Shown: piece after piece, positions 40,676-55,067 of the stretch
Position numbering within the stretch: position 1 is the first letter of the stretch
Layout: the number at the start of each line of letters is the position of its first letter
Assembly: GCA_964016885.1 (NCBI GenBank)
Contig: OZ024743.1
Location: 238,266,001-238,330,000 of the forward strand
DNA length: 64,000 nt
Source: Eledone cirrhosa
Lineage: Eukaryota
Direction of reading: 5' to 3'
The notes under the pieces: model-generated
Database searches by the model: none
The model's input: the letters and a program-made list of their open reading frames with translations, nothing else
Told to the model about the DNA's origin: nothing
Position numbers and translations under genes: made by a program

Positions 40676-41149
40676 GGATGCCATTTCTATAAGTAATTTT
40701 CTTTTCTTTTCTATTCAATTCTTCCTGCTCTGTTTCTGTTTTCCATTCCACCTTTCTTTCTATTACTCGCTTTTCTCACTCTTTCTTCCTCCCCCATAGC
40801 CATTCCTCAGTTTTTTCTCCCGTCCTGTTACCTTTCCAATATCTGTTATTCTTTCCTATCTTCAATAAGTCTTTTCATTCCATCCCCTTGTCTCCGCCTC
40901 CTCCTTCAGTATCATCTCTTACTCTCATTATGGGATTACTCCACCTCCGTCATCCCCGCCCCCTCTCTATCTCACATACATTCTGTTCATCTATTATCCT
41001 CTATACCTTACTTTCTTACTTTTTTCACTCTTACTCTCTCTTCCTCACACACATCCTCTTCATTTCTCCATTCTGTCCCAGCCGTCGGGTCCCGACTCTT
41101 TATAATATATATATATGAATATATAACCTTACATCTTTGTAATATATAT

Positions 41150-41226
<77 letters not shown>

Positions 41227-41227
41227 T

Positions 41228-41296
<69 letters not shown>

Positions 41297-42532
41297 TTCA
41301 AAGTAAATAAGTAAATTGTTTGCGATCATATAGGTGGCAATCTTTGAATCTGGTTCTTATCCTTATGATTCATGAAGTTTGATTTGTATATTTATAGTAT
41401 ATATATATTACATGATCCTAATATAATAATTGATCTAAAACCTTAATTTTAACAATATTAACTTATTTATTATATTATATTATATTATGTTATGTATAAC
41501 TGACTAATATCGTCTTGAACTTTAGACAGTATACTCTTTGTATATATTTAGACAAATGCGTATATCTAATTTAATAATACCCTTTTTTAAGTTTAATTAT
41601 AAGGTCTTTAGATACTTTATGGCATTCTAATTGTTAATTTAAAAATTTTAAAGTTATAACTGTAATTATTTTCTAAATTATATAATGAGAATTATTATTT
41701 TAATATAAAAATTTCTTTTTTAATATAATATGAGATAATATAATTTAGTATGGATTACCTTCGTGTGGATGAAAATACTAAGTCTTTTCCTTCTCATGTT
41801 TGCAAATACTTTAAATATGATTTTATAAATTAAATATGTTAGTATACTTTAATATCAATATAGATATTTATAAACTTTTATAGCCTGAAATATTATACCT
41901 TTAGATTAATTCATTATTCTGAACTAACATAAATGATTCGAAATTTAACGGTCAGCCAGATACGTTTGGATATATATAGTATATATAATTAATTGTTAGT
42001 ATATTTCTAATTAACTAAGGACTCGAAATTAAACCCTCATATAATTACACCCAGATATATTTAATATTTAGATTGATGGATACTTCTAGATAATTCGATG
42101 ATTCGAGTTTACTCTTTCACAAAGCTATGCCCAAATATATATTCATGTATTTATATAGATATATATATATATATTTGCATTATCTAATCACACCCTATTC
42201 ATCCACGACAATACAAATCTCCCTCCTTATGCTTTACACTATAAAAAATTTTCCTCCTTGTCTCTCTATACTTGATCAATTCTCCTTTGCTTTCTATACT
42301 TCTAGTAACTATATTTTTTCCTCATCTGTTTCTCTGTGTCTTTCTTCTTTCTTTCTTCTTTCTTCAATAATTTAAATTATTTGAATCTCTAACAGTTATG
42401 TAAATTGCTATTATGTAAATTTTTTCATGTCTCAATCTTATGGTATATAAATATTGAGTTTTGTCATATCTTATTCACTACCATGACTGAATCTTAACCA
42501 TCTACTAAGTCAGGGTATGTCATGCATCATCT

Positions 42533-42599
42533 TATTTTATCTGATGAGGACGTACTGTTGAAGATAGCTCAGTACCTCTGAAATATGTATAATAAAATA
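42533..42599 (+). ncRNA. Minimal hammerhead at a PLE-type 3' end (tail to 42740)
   Basis: tattttat CTGATGA ggacgtact..agtacctct GAAA tatgta TA ataaaata. Confidence 0.8.
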
Positions 42600-42737
42600 T
42601 ACTTGATCACACGAATGTCTATTTTTCTTAATATTTTGAATTAATATTAATAACTCCGGAAAACCATAACTGTTGAGTGCTTCCAATCTATTGTAAAACT
42701 CATTCTTTGATTTATTCATCGAACCTTGTTTAACCTT

Positions 42738-42802
<65 letters not shown>

Positions 42803-43029
42803 AATTCTTCATAACGAGATCGACCTAACATATCGAACGTGTGACCGGGGATTGAAAATAAATTTCATTATACTGAAAAATTCGTGATAATGGTATTCGT
42901 TATAACGGAATTTTACCTGTTTTATATATATATATAGTAATAATACACAATCAGTAATGATAAATTCGTAGAATGGATTCATCCCCTCTTTGGACACACC
43001 AAAAAAATGAAATTACTCGCCCCTCCTAT

Positions 43030-43896
43030 CTCTCATTCTCTGGGTATACGTAAAAGGTGAAAAAAAAAATGGCTGCTTTGAGTCACTGTATTTTCATTTT
43101 GTAACAGATCAACCTTAACAGGACATGGCAGATACAATGTCTGAGAAGACAACAAGAGCCCAAATGCTAGCTCCTGCCGCGGATTTCCTTATACTACTAT
43201 AAGTGTGGCTCGCACAATCAATTCCAGGAGCAATTTCCTTCATTTTTTTTGGAACGGACAAATTCAGTATACAGAACTGGATGGAAAAGCTTGATACCTA
43301 TGGGACATTGGAGAACAGCAATACAATGTCTTCGTTCCGTCTTACTTACTCTGGACGACCCAAAAAGCGCACACAATAAGTTATTGTCATGGACCCAGTG
43401 TCTGTTGAACAGAGCCCAAAATAATCGCTGTATAGGAGAAGCCAATATCTGAGTCTCTCTACAGAAACCTGCAGAAGCGTTGTCAAAGAGGATCTTAAGA
43501 AATACATATACATAATAGAATACAGACAGAAAAATAACTTTGGAAATTGTGTGACCAGTTTGAAGACTGATATTGTGTGGGTCGCACACAGCCCTAATTT
43601 AAACTCCTCAGATTTCTATCTTTGGGGTTATCTGAATTAAAGAAAATCATCAAAGAGGAGATCGGATCCATCCTAGGTCTGTTTATAAAGACGTTTTGTT
43701 ATACTTCAGCATACGCTTAAAAAATGCATAGATTGATATGGAAATCACTTGGAATATGTTCTGTAACTCTGGACGGAAAGATCAGAGGATAGTGAATTTT
43801 TAAATTAAGGATATTCGGAGTGTCATCAGTTTTTGTTAAAAAATGAATAATGTAGACAAAAATAAAAATGGGGTAAGTTTTTTTTAATCCCCTGTA
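43030..43896 (+). mobile_element. Degenerate Tc1/mariner DNA transposon
   Basis: WVAHSPNLNSSDFYLWGYL at ~43577, C-terminal CI..G.HLEYVL*, and a 3' end cccctg|TA. The 5' limit is uncertain. Confidence 0.6.
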
Positions 43897-44436
43897 TGTT
43901 GCCTTAACAAATATTGGGTCCGACCTTTGAGTATATTAAAACTATTCTAGAAGCTTTTGGTCACCTGACATCAGATTATAAAACTAGACGAAAAATTAAA
44001 AATAGTTGAAAAATCTTCATATTTCTTCTGAATTCAATCTCTTTGGATTTGTATCTTTGAAAGCTCTTCCCGCCAAGAATTTCTTGTGGTAAAATATTTG
44101 ATTTTTATTTTGATACAAAATAATTATATTTCCACAAGATATTTATTTGTTTGGCTTAGGATTCATTAATGCTTAAAAAAAAAACATGCATACACCACAT
44201 TGAATTATTTTCTTTGTAATTAATGATAGGTTATTTGTAAGATATTTTTTTCTACGTAGGTTTGTTAAGGTAAACTTATGTAGTGTAAATATGGTAAAGG
44301 AAAAAGGTCCTGATGGAGTCGTAGGGGTATCGCTGTGACACACGTGATGATTTCGGCATGTTTGAACATGATGGAGCTCATCCATCTTCAGGTCGAAACA
44401 CAGTTGATTTTTTCCACAGAAGGAAACATAGGAAAA

Positions 44437-44600
44437 ATCGACCCAAATACTAATGTTGAATTGGTACTTTATTTATCGACCACAAAAAGATGAAAGGCAA
44501 AGTTGGCTTCAGTGATATATGAACTCAAAGCAGAGTGAATCAGAACAAATACTGAGGCATTTTTAATCCGAACCCTAACGATTCTACCAATTGGCCATCT
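44437..44600 (-). mobile_element. SINE (same core as 7023/15178)
   Basis: ggtactttatttatcgacc..gatgaaaggcaaagt..tgaactc. Confidence 0.7.
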
Positions 44601-44914
44601 TTAGTGTAAATAAAAAGATATTTCTTTGTAGGCAGTTTTCCTAGCTTGTTATTTAATAGACTGTGTTTTGGGCTTTCGGATTTTATTTTTGTACGTTTAA
44701 ACTACGAAGTTACATACTTTTATTTATTACAATTGTCTAAGCTAATAGATTCGAGCTCATATCTATTATATAGTATGATATCCCACTGGGGAATATTTAC
44801 ATCTTCAGAGAAATTTACAAAATAATTTTCATTATAGCAAAAAGTTCGTTATAATAAACCAATCCTGGCGTGCAACACGAACATATCATTAAGAGGGACG
44901 CTTAAAAAAAAATA

Positions 44915-45215
44915 CAATGCATTTAGCAAGAGACCCAGGCTTCATAGTCCGACAAGCCGAAGGTCACAAGCTGTAGAAATATCGATCTCTTTCAGATAAG
45001 TTTGTCGTTGAACATGAAGCAGTGGAGACCTCCTGCATTCTTGGTCCTCGTACCACCTCCATACAAACTATTATCGAGGTAGAGTTGGCCAACCCCAGGA
45101 GCAATCCCTGCTCCGCGTGAGTTGGAATGGTTATTCTAACGCGACCCGCCATCATCCTCCGGAGCAACACTTTCTCCATTCTGCCTACTGAAACCACGAG
45201 GCCACTAACGCCTGG
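44915..45215 (+). pseudogene. CRE-clade RLE C-terminal fragment
   Basis: AEGHKL*KYRSLSDKFVVE..AVETS.ILGP..RELEWLF. Confidence 0.7.
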
Positions 45216-45318
45216 AGTCATGCACGCCAGTGAGTGACCCCCTCCACACTGTCCGGGCTCGCAATATTGGAGTAACGATATTTGAGCTTACTTCTGGGAT
45301 TGAATGCATTCTCATATA

Positions 45319-45349
<31 letters not shown>

Positions 45350-45928
45350 CTTCTTCTTCTTCTTCTTCTTCTTCTTCTTCTTCTTCTTCTTCTTCTTCTT
45401 CTTCTTCTTCTTCTTCTTCTTCTTCTTCTTCTTCTTCTTCTTCTTCTTCTTCTTCTTCCCTTTTTAAACCTCACTAAAAAAATCTTTAATATCAAAAGAA
45501 AGAAGAAAGAGCAAAAGCTAGGTACAAAGCTTATAAACCTGATTTTAATGGAAAATAAATTATTATCAAAATAGAATATCAGAAAATTTATTATTGAATA
45601 TTGGAATCTATTATAGATTACTACTAACATATTATTATCAAATATTAACGTAGCAAAGACATAGAAAACATATTTATTATGTTAACCAACAGAATTAAAT
45701 GTATAGTGGTGATTTCATTTTATAAAGCACTTTGGTATTAATCAAGTATACGGGTATTATGTATAATATACTTAGTAAAAATATTCAATTTAATATTTGT
45801 GTAAGGAAATTAATAGAGGGGTTAAATTAGGGGTTAAATTAGAGGGGTTAAACATGATGAGAATTCTCAAATCATTGCAACGAGAATGTGCGTAGTCAAC
45901 AAATTGCAACTAATGCCACACGTGAATA

Positions 45929-45995
<67 letters not shown>

Positions 45996-46332
45996 TGGGA
46001 GATTAGATTACTAGTAACTAATAATGTGTCGAACTTACTAATAACTAATAATAATAATAATAATAATAATAATCTAAACTAAAATAAACGAAGGTCTGCG
46101 GGATTGCGTACGGTTTTGTTTTTGTATGCCGTTTGTAAAATAAGTTGGATTACTTTGAATAAATAATGAATGAATATTACATAATTTATCTACTAAATTT
46201 CGTGGCTGTTGATTAAATTTATTTTGTTTATTTAAAGATTCACTTCTTTAAAATTTCAGAAATGTCAACATTTCCGGTTGGCCATCGCTTAAATAAACAT
46301 ACTAATGTTCTCCTAATGCAGTTTATATATAA

Positions 46333-47385
46333 CTAGCAGAAGTGCTCGGCGTTGCTCGGAGTTTAATTGCTTTACAGTACTCTTAATGATTCCACTCAAT
46401 TATGATTATTGAGGCAAAGAAAGTAAATACGGGTAAGCAAGGAGGGGGGGGGGAATTTCAATTGAACACTGAATAAGTGGAAGGTGAGTACTAAGTAAGT
46501 TGTATGAAGAATGCACGTCAAATAGTAGGTCAAACCTGTAAGCCAAGCCCGTCTGAGTTATAGCACAAAAGAGCGTAAACAGGGGCGATAATTTGGAGCA
46601 CACTGGAAAAAAAATCATCAAAATCGGACGTTCCTGAAAAAAGTTTTCTCATTATTTTTTTGTCTCATATTGCTAAAAACAAAGAAAAAAATTTACAAAA
46701 AGGACAACAATAAAATATGTCTTTGTTGAGATTCAAGTAAATAAATGCTTAAGCGTCGTAATGATTACGTTTATTGTTGTATAAATTCATCTGTTGCTTT
46801 TGAATATTTGTTATTTGATGTAAAATGTAATGGTGTAAAATGTAATGGTCAAATACCGGTCGCTCTCCGACAGGTTTGCGGTCGTACCCCTGGCAGTGGA
46901 GACTTCTGGTGTCCTCGGCCCCAGGGCTACGGCCTTACTTACCACCATAGGCGCTGAGCTGGCCAGCCGCAGGTGTGAGCCCCGTGAGTTGGAGTGACTT
47001 TCCAGCGCGTCTCCCTTGCCGTTATCCGGGGAAACGCCTTCTCCATTCTGTCCGCCGGGGCTGTGGGTGGGCCCCATCGCGTACCGTTGTAGTTGTTGTA
47101 TACAGATATTAACTCACTTAGAAAATGTTCTGAATGAAATGTATTTAGTTTTATCGGCTTTTTAAGTTTTGTTATTTGATGTATGATCGTCGTTATAACT
47201 ATGTTTGTTGTTGTATAAATTGATGTGTTGCTTAGTTTTCAAAGTTTATTACGCGTTGACAATCGTTCGTAAATTTGGAGCACATTGAAGAAAAATCATC
47301 AAAATCGGTAGAGAAACGTGGAAATGCATAAAAATCATACACACACACAGACATACATCTTCCGTTTTATATATATAGAGAGAGA
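46333..47385 (-). mobile_element. Non-autonomous Helitron
   Basis: Minus strand 5' A|TC..tatatataaaacggaag..tgtgtg and 3' ccgagcaacgccgagcacttctgCTAG|T. Internal direct repeat at 46590/47272. Confidence 0.7.
46850..47080 (+). pseudogene. CRE RLE C-terminal fragment inside the Helitron
   Basis: KYRSLSDRFAVVPLAVETSGVLGPRA..RELE..RVSLAVIRGNAFSIL. Confidence 0.8.
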
Positions 47386-47560
47386 TATCGACTTTTTTAA
47401 TGTATCATGGATTACGTAACTGATTAAATAGGACAGTGTAACGCAGTCTTCGTTCAATTTCTATGTATTATATATTGTCAATTACGATTTTATTTTATAT
47501 ATCATATCTACATGTATATATATATATACCTGCGTATAATATCAATATACACACTACACA

Positions 47561-47600
47561 TGCTAGCAGAAAACCACCCGAGGGTGGTTCTTCTGCTAGT
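47561..47600 (+). repeat. 40-bp palindrome ending CTAG|T (Helitron-type 3' terminus)
   Basis: tgctagcagaaaaccacccgagggtggttcttctgctagt. Confidence 0.55.
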
Positions 47601-48344
47601 ATATATAATTGCAACAACACAGCTTGCCATTTTTCATTCATATATGCTTTCCCCTTCGCTGTGACCTGTCTTTTTCTCTTCCCTTACTGCTATCCTCTTT
47701 CTCTCTCCCCCTTCTCTCTCCTTCTCCCTCTTACTTTCACTCACCCCCTCTGCTAGTCACCCTCTCTTCGGCTAGCCTCTTCCTCACACTTTCACTCACT
47801 CACTCTCTGCTACTCACCCTGTCTCTCAACTTCGTCCCTCGTTCCACACCGCACGAGATTCTTTCCTCGCTCACATCCGCACGGCCAAGATGTGTCTTTG
47901 CCTTCTCGTCAATATTCGCACGTTCTTATGTTCGAAATGAATTATTGACTTGATTTTTTCATTTTTTCCTCTCTTTACGTTGCTTCACCATTCGTGTTCG
48001 TTTACATGTCTCTCTTTCTCCACTCAACTCTTTTTATCCCAGTAACTTAATTTAGTTATTGTATAGCCCTAGCTGGAGGTATATAGTCTGTAATGCGAAG
48101 AAATACCTATGATGGTTAGTAGACCACTGATGACGGATATTCCTAACTTCTATTTCTAATTCTTCATTTATTATACATAAATGCAACAATACATATATAT
48201 ATATATATATATACATATATATATTTATTAAAATAACAGATTAAAGTTTAAGCAAAGAATCGCTGCTTTCACCCTTAACGGGATCTTCTGAAACTAACAA
48301 AGTCAATCTGTAATTTGGATTTTAGTCTTCAAATTTATTATTAT

Positions 48345-48421
<77 letters not shown>

Positions 48422-48777
48422 GAATGTTATGGTTGATGGAGGCTCGGCTCTGTAAGGTATTGTAAATTTTGACCGCTATAACAATTGTAAATTGTTTAAA
48501 ACTTTAACCAAATTGTAGACAAAAACACCCTCCTCCTCGTGAGAGGGGTCTTTCTGCCCATTATTTGGTCCTTCGGGGTTAAATAACCGCTTATTGGGGT
48601 TTTGTGCCCAATATTTATTTTAAACAAAAAAAACATAGCTACGAAAAAGAATTTTCATAGGTCACTCCCACTCATTCCGTCTTCTTCTTCCTCAATCGTC
48701 ACTACAGCAGAGAGAAGATTGTCTCTCTCCCCCCTTCTCTAAATTTCTCTCTCTCCCTCCCTTCTCTTTCGCAAGCG

Positions 48778-50777
48778 ATGCCAGTAAAGAAAAATCACGT
48801 GAAAAGCGTGCAACATTTCTCCACGACGACGACAACAGCGACGAAAAAGGTGTGCGGGAAATACGAAAACCCATTTCATTCGTCTGACGTCATGAATAAT
48901 AGCAGTAGCAGCCGTAATAACAGCAGCAGCAGCAACAGTGACGAGGAAAACAACAGTAGCAGCCGCAACAGAATCAGCAGTAGCATAAACAACAACAGCC
49001 TTAGCAGCAACAGCAACAACAACAGCAGCAGCAGCAGCAACAACAACAACAACCACAGCAACAGCGGCGGGGGCAGTAGTCGTAGTACCTGCAGCAACAA
49101 CAAAAGTAACAGCAGCTCTGACGACAACAACAGCAACAACAACAGCAGCAAAGAAAAACCAATCTCGTTTCCATGTATCGCAAAGAACCTGGAAACCATC
49201 CTCATAACAAATGAGGAATTACAGGAAGCGAAGAAGATGTTGACGAAAACCGGACACCGAGCAATCTGCAAGGCAGCCGAAAATTCTTTCGAAACCCAAC
49301 AGCACTGTACGGTCACGTACCGTACAGTAAGCACAAAATCCCGTAGGGTTGAAAGAGCCACAGAGGCTCAAATACAAAAAGCCTGAGGGTCTGTGTGGCA
49401 GCGGAAAACGCATATCACCCGAGGCAAGAAATATGCCACCGTAGACGTGCTTTTTACTACACCCCAGGAAGCAAAGGCTCAATCCTTAGTGACCCTAAGT
49501 AGCGAGGAAATGGTGTTGGTGCCCTCATACTGCGGGCAAAAAATTGTGAGGGTCAAACTGACCCACGTCCCCCCGGGATGGCCCCTTCTTGGCTGGCCGC
49601 GTCTGTCCTCGTCGGAATCGAGGACAAAACAACTGTACTGCAAGTACAGGAAAGAGTAAGAGAAGATTGGGTCGGCACCTCCATTGAGATGTTAATCCAA
49701 ACCAACCAGGAGTGCATCGAAGCTATGCCGGATGTGATAGACTTCGACAACGGTACTCAACTGCCCATAAGTGTTGAGGGCAAACGCCCGAAATGCTTTC
49801 GCTGTGGATCGAAGACTCACCTCAGGGCCTTCTGCAACGAGAAAACCCTGAGAAAGGAGAAAACCCCCCTCCTTCCGATACCGGCTCCACTGCTACTAGC
49901 AACAGGACAAGCGGCAACCAAGAACGATAGGTCCGTGGCACCCATACCCACGCCACGGAAATCAAGAACAGCAGCAGCAGTGGAAGTATTAACAACAACA
50001 ACAGTAATACCAACTGCAGCTCCAACAGAGACTCCACTGCAAACATCACCAACAACAACAAGTGAAAGAGTGGAGCTGGTACCCCTCCCTGACCTCACAG
50101 AATCAGACATGGAGTGTGAGGTGGGAGAGGGATGGCAAAAGGTCGCAAGAAGGCACAAACGCAGAAGCAGCGCATCGTCGCCTTCGAAAAGGGAGGAAAG
50201 AAATGAAAATAGGGTAAAGGCTACTGCAAAGAGACTCACAGCAGCAACACCACCAACACCATCACCACCCACACTAGCACCACCATCACCACCGGCGACA
50301 ACCCCACCGCCAACAACAACAACACCTTCAACACCACCACCACAAGCACCAACATTGCAAACACAACAAAACACACACATCCAGCAACAACGACAAGAAA
50401 ATAGCAGAACCACACCCCACACCCAGAAAAACAAATGCACGGCAATAAATACACACAACAAGAAACTAATGACTTACATAATTGAACACACAGACATTTC
50501 ACAGCACGAATACATAATACCAGCACCAATCAAAACACCAACGAACATAAGACTGGTAAAAATAGCACAGAAACAATATACAAACATTAAAACGAAATTC
50601 CCCAACGCAGTTGGTGATTTCAGAGACTCAGGAGGGACTCTCAACCGAAGAGTATATTCGGACATACTCATAGAAGAGCCGACGACCAGCCGAAGGGACG
50701 ATTCAACGGTCCCTTCACCAGACGATCAAGTGAAAAGGGATGGAGAAACCATCCTTCCTCTACGAAAAGTACGGTAA
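48778..50777 (+). pseudogene. LINE ORF1, disrupted
   Basis: CTVTYRTVSTKSRRVERA, THITRGKKYATVDV, CFRCGSKTHLRAFC knuckle. The start is uncertain. Confidence 0.8.
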
Positions 50778-50812
50778 GTGGTCTTTCCCATCTTTTCCAC
50801 TCCATTTTAAAC

Positions 50813-53800
50813 ATGACCTCACTCAGAATAGGCAGCATAAATGCGCCTGGCTTGGGTTCGTCATGGAAGCAGGGCGACCTGCTCAACGACCTCAGGTCAC
50901 TAAACATAGATGTAGTGGCCATCAGCGAGACCAGAATCTCCGAAGCACGGGCCTTCGCACTGAAGTCCGGCGGCTACGATGTGTACGCATCTCCCAGCCG
51001 TCCTGGATCGGGGGGGGGGGGGGAGTTGCTGTGCTTTTTCGGAGAGGTTTGGATCTCGCCATACGGACCATCTTCCTGGACCCAGAGGGTAAGTTGGTAG
51101 TGCTGGACGTGACCAGCGGAGACGGGCAAGCTTTCAGGCTAGTGGCCGTCTATGCCCCGACAGGAGCAGGGCGGCCTGATTTCTTCCGGCGTCTGGAGAC
51201 CTTTCTTGGAACGTCCCGCTCTTTAGTGTTAGTGGGCGACTGGAACGGGATCTTAGATGCACGCTGGGACTGTGTGGGATTAGCGGATAGGGGTGGAGGG
51301 TGCAAGAGCCTCACCAACCTGCTCAGGCGTTTTGAACTGTCTGACAGATACCGATTGGATTTCCCGAATGTGCCAATGTGGACTTGGACAAATCGCATAG
51401 GGTCATCCAGATCATTTCTAGATAGAGTATTTTGTAGGGAAATAGATAGGTCTAGCATAGGCTGTCCACAATTCAAGATAGTCAGCTACACGGACCACAA
51501 ATTCGTGATCTGTGTGCTTGACTTAGATAGGCTTCATAGACGAGAACCCGGCTACTGGAAGCTAAACGGTCCTTACCAGCGCGCAAGGCCTACAGAGACC
51601 GGATTAGCGAACTAGTTAAGCGGGCGTTGACGGGGGCCATCGTCAACAACAAGTGGTGGTTTGCTCTGAAAAGAGCGAATAGAATAGAATCCATTAGGTT
51701 TAGTAAGGCTTTAGCAATAGAGAAAAATAGAGCAGAGGGAGAACTAGTTAGAAAATTAGACGAGGCGCTTAGCAAAGGCATCGCGACCGACGTGCTTGCG
51801 GCGAAATTGGTCCTTGACCAATTCTTCAATGCAAAGCACGAAGGCTGCGTTGTCAGAGCTAGGATGCGTGCTCTCAGACACGAGGAGACAAAAGCCGTTC
51901 AATGGGCCCGAGTGACGGAGGCGCGTCGTGGCAACAAAGCCACGATCCGGTCTTTGGTGGACCACGACGGGCGCATGCTACTCGATCCCGGGCAAATGTG
52001 TGAAGCTTTTCAGCGACACTTCGCTCAGCTGTTCGGGGGTAGCGGCGGGCCGGGTCGAGGGATCGACTTTAGTTTCTACCTCGACGGACTGCCGCGGCTC
52101 TCGGCCACTGAGGCGGAGTGTTGCGAAAAGCCGATAACAGCCGCTGAAGTACGGGAGGCAATGACTGGCTGCACAAGGGGTAAATCGCCTGGTTTGGATG
52201 GTCTGCCCTATGAACTTTACGTACAGATGCCAGACTTGTTCGGAGGCCTCTTGGCGGACGTCTACTGCAACTGGCAACAGAACGGTAAAATTCCCAGTTC
52301 TGTGAGCCGAGGAGCGGTGGCACTGCTGAGAATGGATCCGAACAAGGGGGATAACATAGATAATTTCAGGCCCATAACTCTGCTAAACACAGAGTTCAAG
52401 ATTTTGGCCAAGGTGCTAGCAAAGATCCATCCACGACAACCTCCACCTCATGCGATACATCGTAGAGAGGTTAGCTAGGAAACCTGGCATGGGCGGGTCT
52501 TTGATAAATTTAGATCAGTCGAAAGCTTTCGATACGGTCGACCATCGTTACCTAGCGGCAGTCCTGAGGGCGGCTGGCTTTGGGCCCGTCTTCAGAGGCT
52601 GGATCTCTGCCATGCACAGCGACATCTGCTCTGTGGTGAGAGTGAACGGTCACCTTTCGGAACCGTTCAATATCATGTGCTCGGTCCGCCAAGGATGTCT
52701 CCTCTCGTCCCTCTTGTACGTATTGACTCTCGAGCCATTACTGCACAAACTGGAGACCTTGAGGGGCGTCCCGCGCGAACTAGGATGCGGAAGATCCGTG
52801 TCAGCATATGCGGCCGATGTCACCGTAGTGGTGTCGAACGCCAAACACATCGAGGCGATCTGCACTACACTAAGAGAATACGAAGCGGTGACAGGAGCAA
52901 TGATCATCCAGGAAAAGTCAGTGGGCCTGCAGCTCGGCACCTGGAGAGGCAGGTCCATGCCGTCCAACAGCTTCGTCGGACGCTGGACGGACGGACCGGT
53001 TAAATTGCTAGGGCTCTGGTTCGGTTCGGACCTCCAGACGGACAAAAACTGGGACGAGGTGACGAGCAGGATGGCTTCTCTCACCCAGAAATGGGCGGAG
53101 AGGAAGCTATCCCTGAAAGGTCGAGCGGAGGTGGCTAACGCGTACATCGCGTCTGTCATCTGCTACCGCCTGACCGTCGTACCTTGTCCTAAGCCTCGCC
53201 TGACTGCGCTGGAGCGTTTGCTCTTTCGCTTTTTGTGGAAGGGACGCGCCCCGATGGTCTGGCTGTCCATCTGTTGTCAACACCCGCTACGTGGAGGGCT
53301 GGGCATGCCGTGGCTGATGATGCGCAGGCACACGCTCAGGCTACGACATCTCCACCTCTTCCTCGACGGTGATCAGGTGTGGTCGCCGTTTGCTAGACAC
53401 GTATTTCCCCAGCTCGTTTCCTTGATGGAGCTGCAGTTCTGGGTCAAGCGAAGACCGAGAGGGAGCACCTGGAGACTGGAATGTCTTCAGGCGCTCACAG
53501 CCCTCGACCAATCGGGCAATGTGATTGGTGGAAATTCCACCTCGGCGTTCTATAGAGGATTAGTGGAGGGGAAGAGCGACGACGTACTTGGGGAAACTCT
53601 AGGCGTCGACGAAAATCAACTAGCCAATCTCTTCGGAAGAACTTTCGGGCCGGGGCCTATGGACAACTTCCAGAAATATCTGGCCTGGCAGTGCTACCGA
53701 GGAGCCTTGCCAGTTCGGGATAAACTCTACAGGCATGGAGGTGCCGTCAGCCGGGAATGTCCGAGATGCGCGCAGGGCGACGAAACCCTACTGCACGCAC

Positions 53801-54155
53801 TCGTCCAGTGTCCGAAAATTGCTGACTCGTGGGTTTATGTCGAACACCTGCTGTCGCGTTTAGGACGGATCCCGCTATCATCTGAGTCCATCGTGAGGAT
53901 TGCCCCGCCCTCCTCCTTTAGCCGGGAAGGGCAGGAATTTTTTATCTGTCTGGTGGCCATGGCGAAAGAGATAGTATGGTGGACGCGTTTGAAAGGGCTG
54001 AAGACGAGCACTTACCTCTTCGGTGATGCCCTGATTGAGTTTTTCAAATTTCATTTGAAAAGGAAAATCAGAGTAGAGAGCATTTTGTTGAAAGATGGGT
54101 GAGAGAAGCAAGAATGGCCCGAGTGAATGGGCCTACTCTGAGTATATATCTGTAA
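50813..54155 (+). pseudogene. LINE ORF2 APE-RT, disrupted
   Basis: Frameshifts, a ~60-bp deletion near 52424, and YADD changed to YAAD. Confidence 0.9.
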
Positions 54156-54435
54156 ATTAAAGGTGGAAAACTGGGAAAGCGCACTTGCCTTGGTGGTCAG
54201 GGTCACTGTGGCCTTTTACTGGGCTTTCTCCACAAATGTCCCTCCGAAGTCTCCCCTCTATTGAGGAATTTTTCATTGTTATTTTTTGTTACATCCTCTG
54301 TTTTTGTTTTTTACACGCAGAAATGCCCATTTGTACCGTCCTGCATTGTCCTGCACTTTTCTTAATGTCTACTTTATGTAAACCCTTGTGGTTAATAAAG
54401 AAATCATTATTATTATTATTATTATTATTGTTATT

Positions 54436-54749
54436 CCTTGAATCTCAGTCATTGATGTTGGTTAACTGGAAAGTCCGTTGGATTGAATATCAAGCCACTA
54501 CCTGCAGCCTCAGATATTCAGGACGTATCGGAGGGTTCTTGCTGTTCCAAGCAAGCATGCCTTTTGAAGCGTTCCAAAAAGCGTGAAGGGGCCGATTTTC
54601 TTTAACCATCCCTGGAAACCTTTGGAGATAGTCCCCAGTGCGCCTATGACAATCGGGATCACTTTGACTTCATGGCAGTTCCAAATCCTTTTCACCTCCC
54701 ACTTTAGGTCCTGGTATCGGTTAATTTTCTCCCTCTCCTTCTCTTGCAC

Positions 54750-54793
<44 letters not shown>

Positions 54794-54997
54794 TTTGAGT
54801 CATTGATGTTAGTTAACTGGAAAGTTTGTTGAAATGAATATCAAGCCACTACCTGCAGCCTCAGATATTCAGGACGTATCGGAGGGTTCCTGCTGTTCCC
54901 AGCAAGCATGCATTTTGAAGCGTTCCAAAAAGCGTGAAGGGGCCAATTTTCTTTAGCCATCCCTGGAAACTTTTTGAGATAGTACCTAGTGCGCCTA
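54436..54997 (-). mobile_element. Two tandem 3' fragments of an R4/Dong element (54436-54749, 54793-54997) in (TAA)n
   Basis: EKINRYQDLKWEV..IPIVIGALG..LQKACLLGTARTLRYVL. Separated and flanked by (TTA)n. Confidence 0.85.
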
Positions 54998-55029
<32 letters not shown>

Positions 55030-55067
55030 GTTATTAGTTATTAGTAATATAATCTCCCACACTAGAT

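Larger units (their letters stand above)
48422..54405 (+). mobile_element. Near full-length Tx1/L1-clade LINE, copy 2
   Basis: ORF2 and 3'UTR near-identical to copy 1, different 5'UTR/ORF1, (TTA)n on both sides. Confidence 0.9.
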
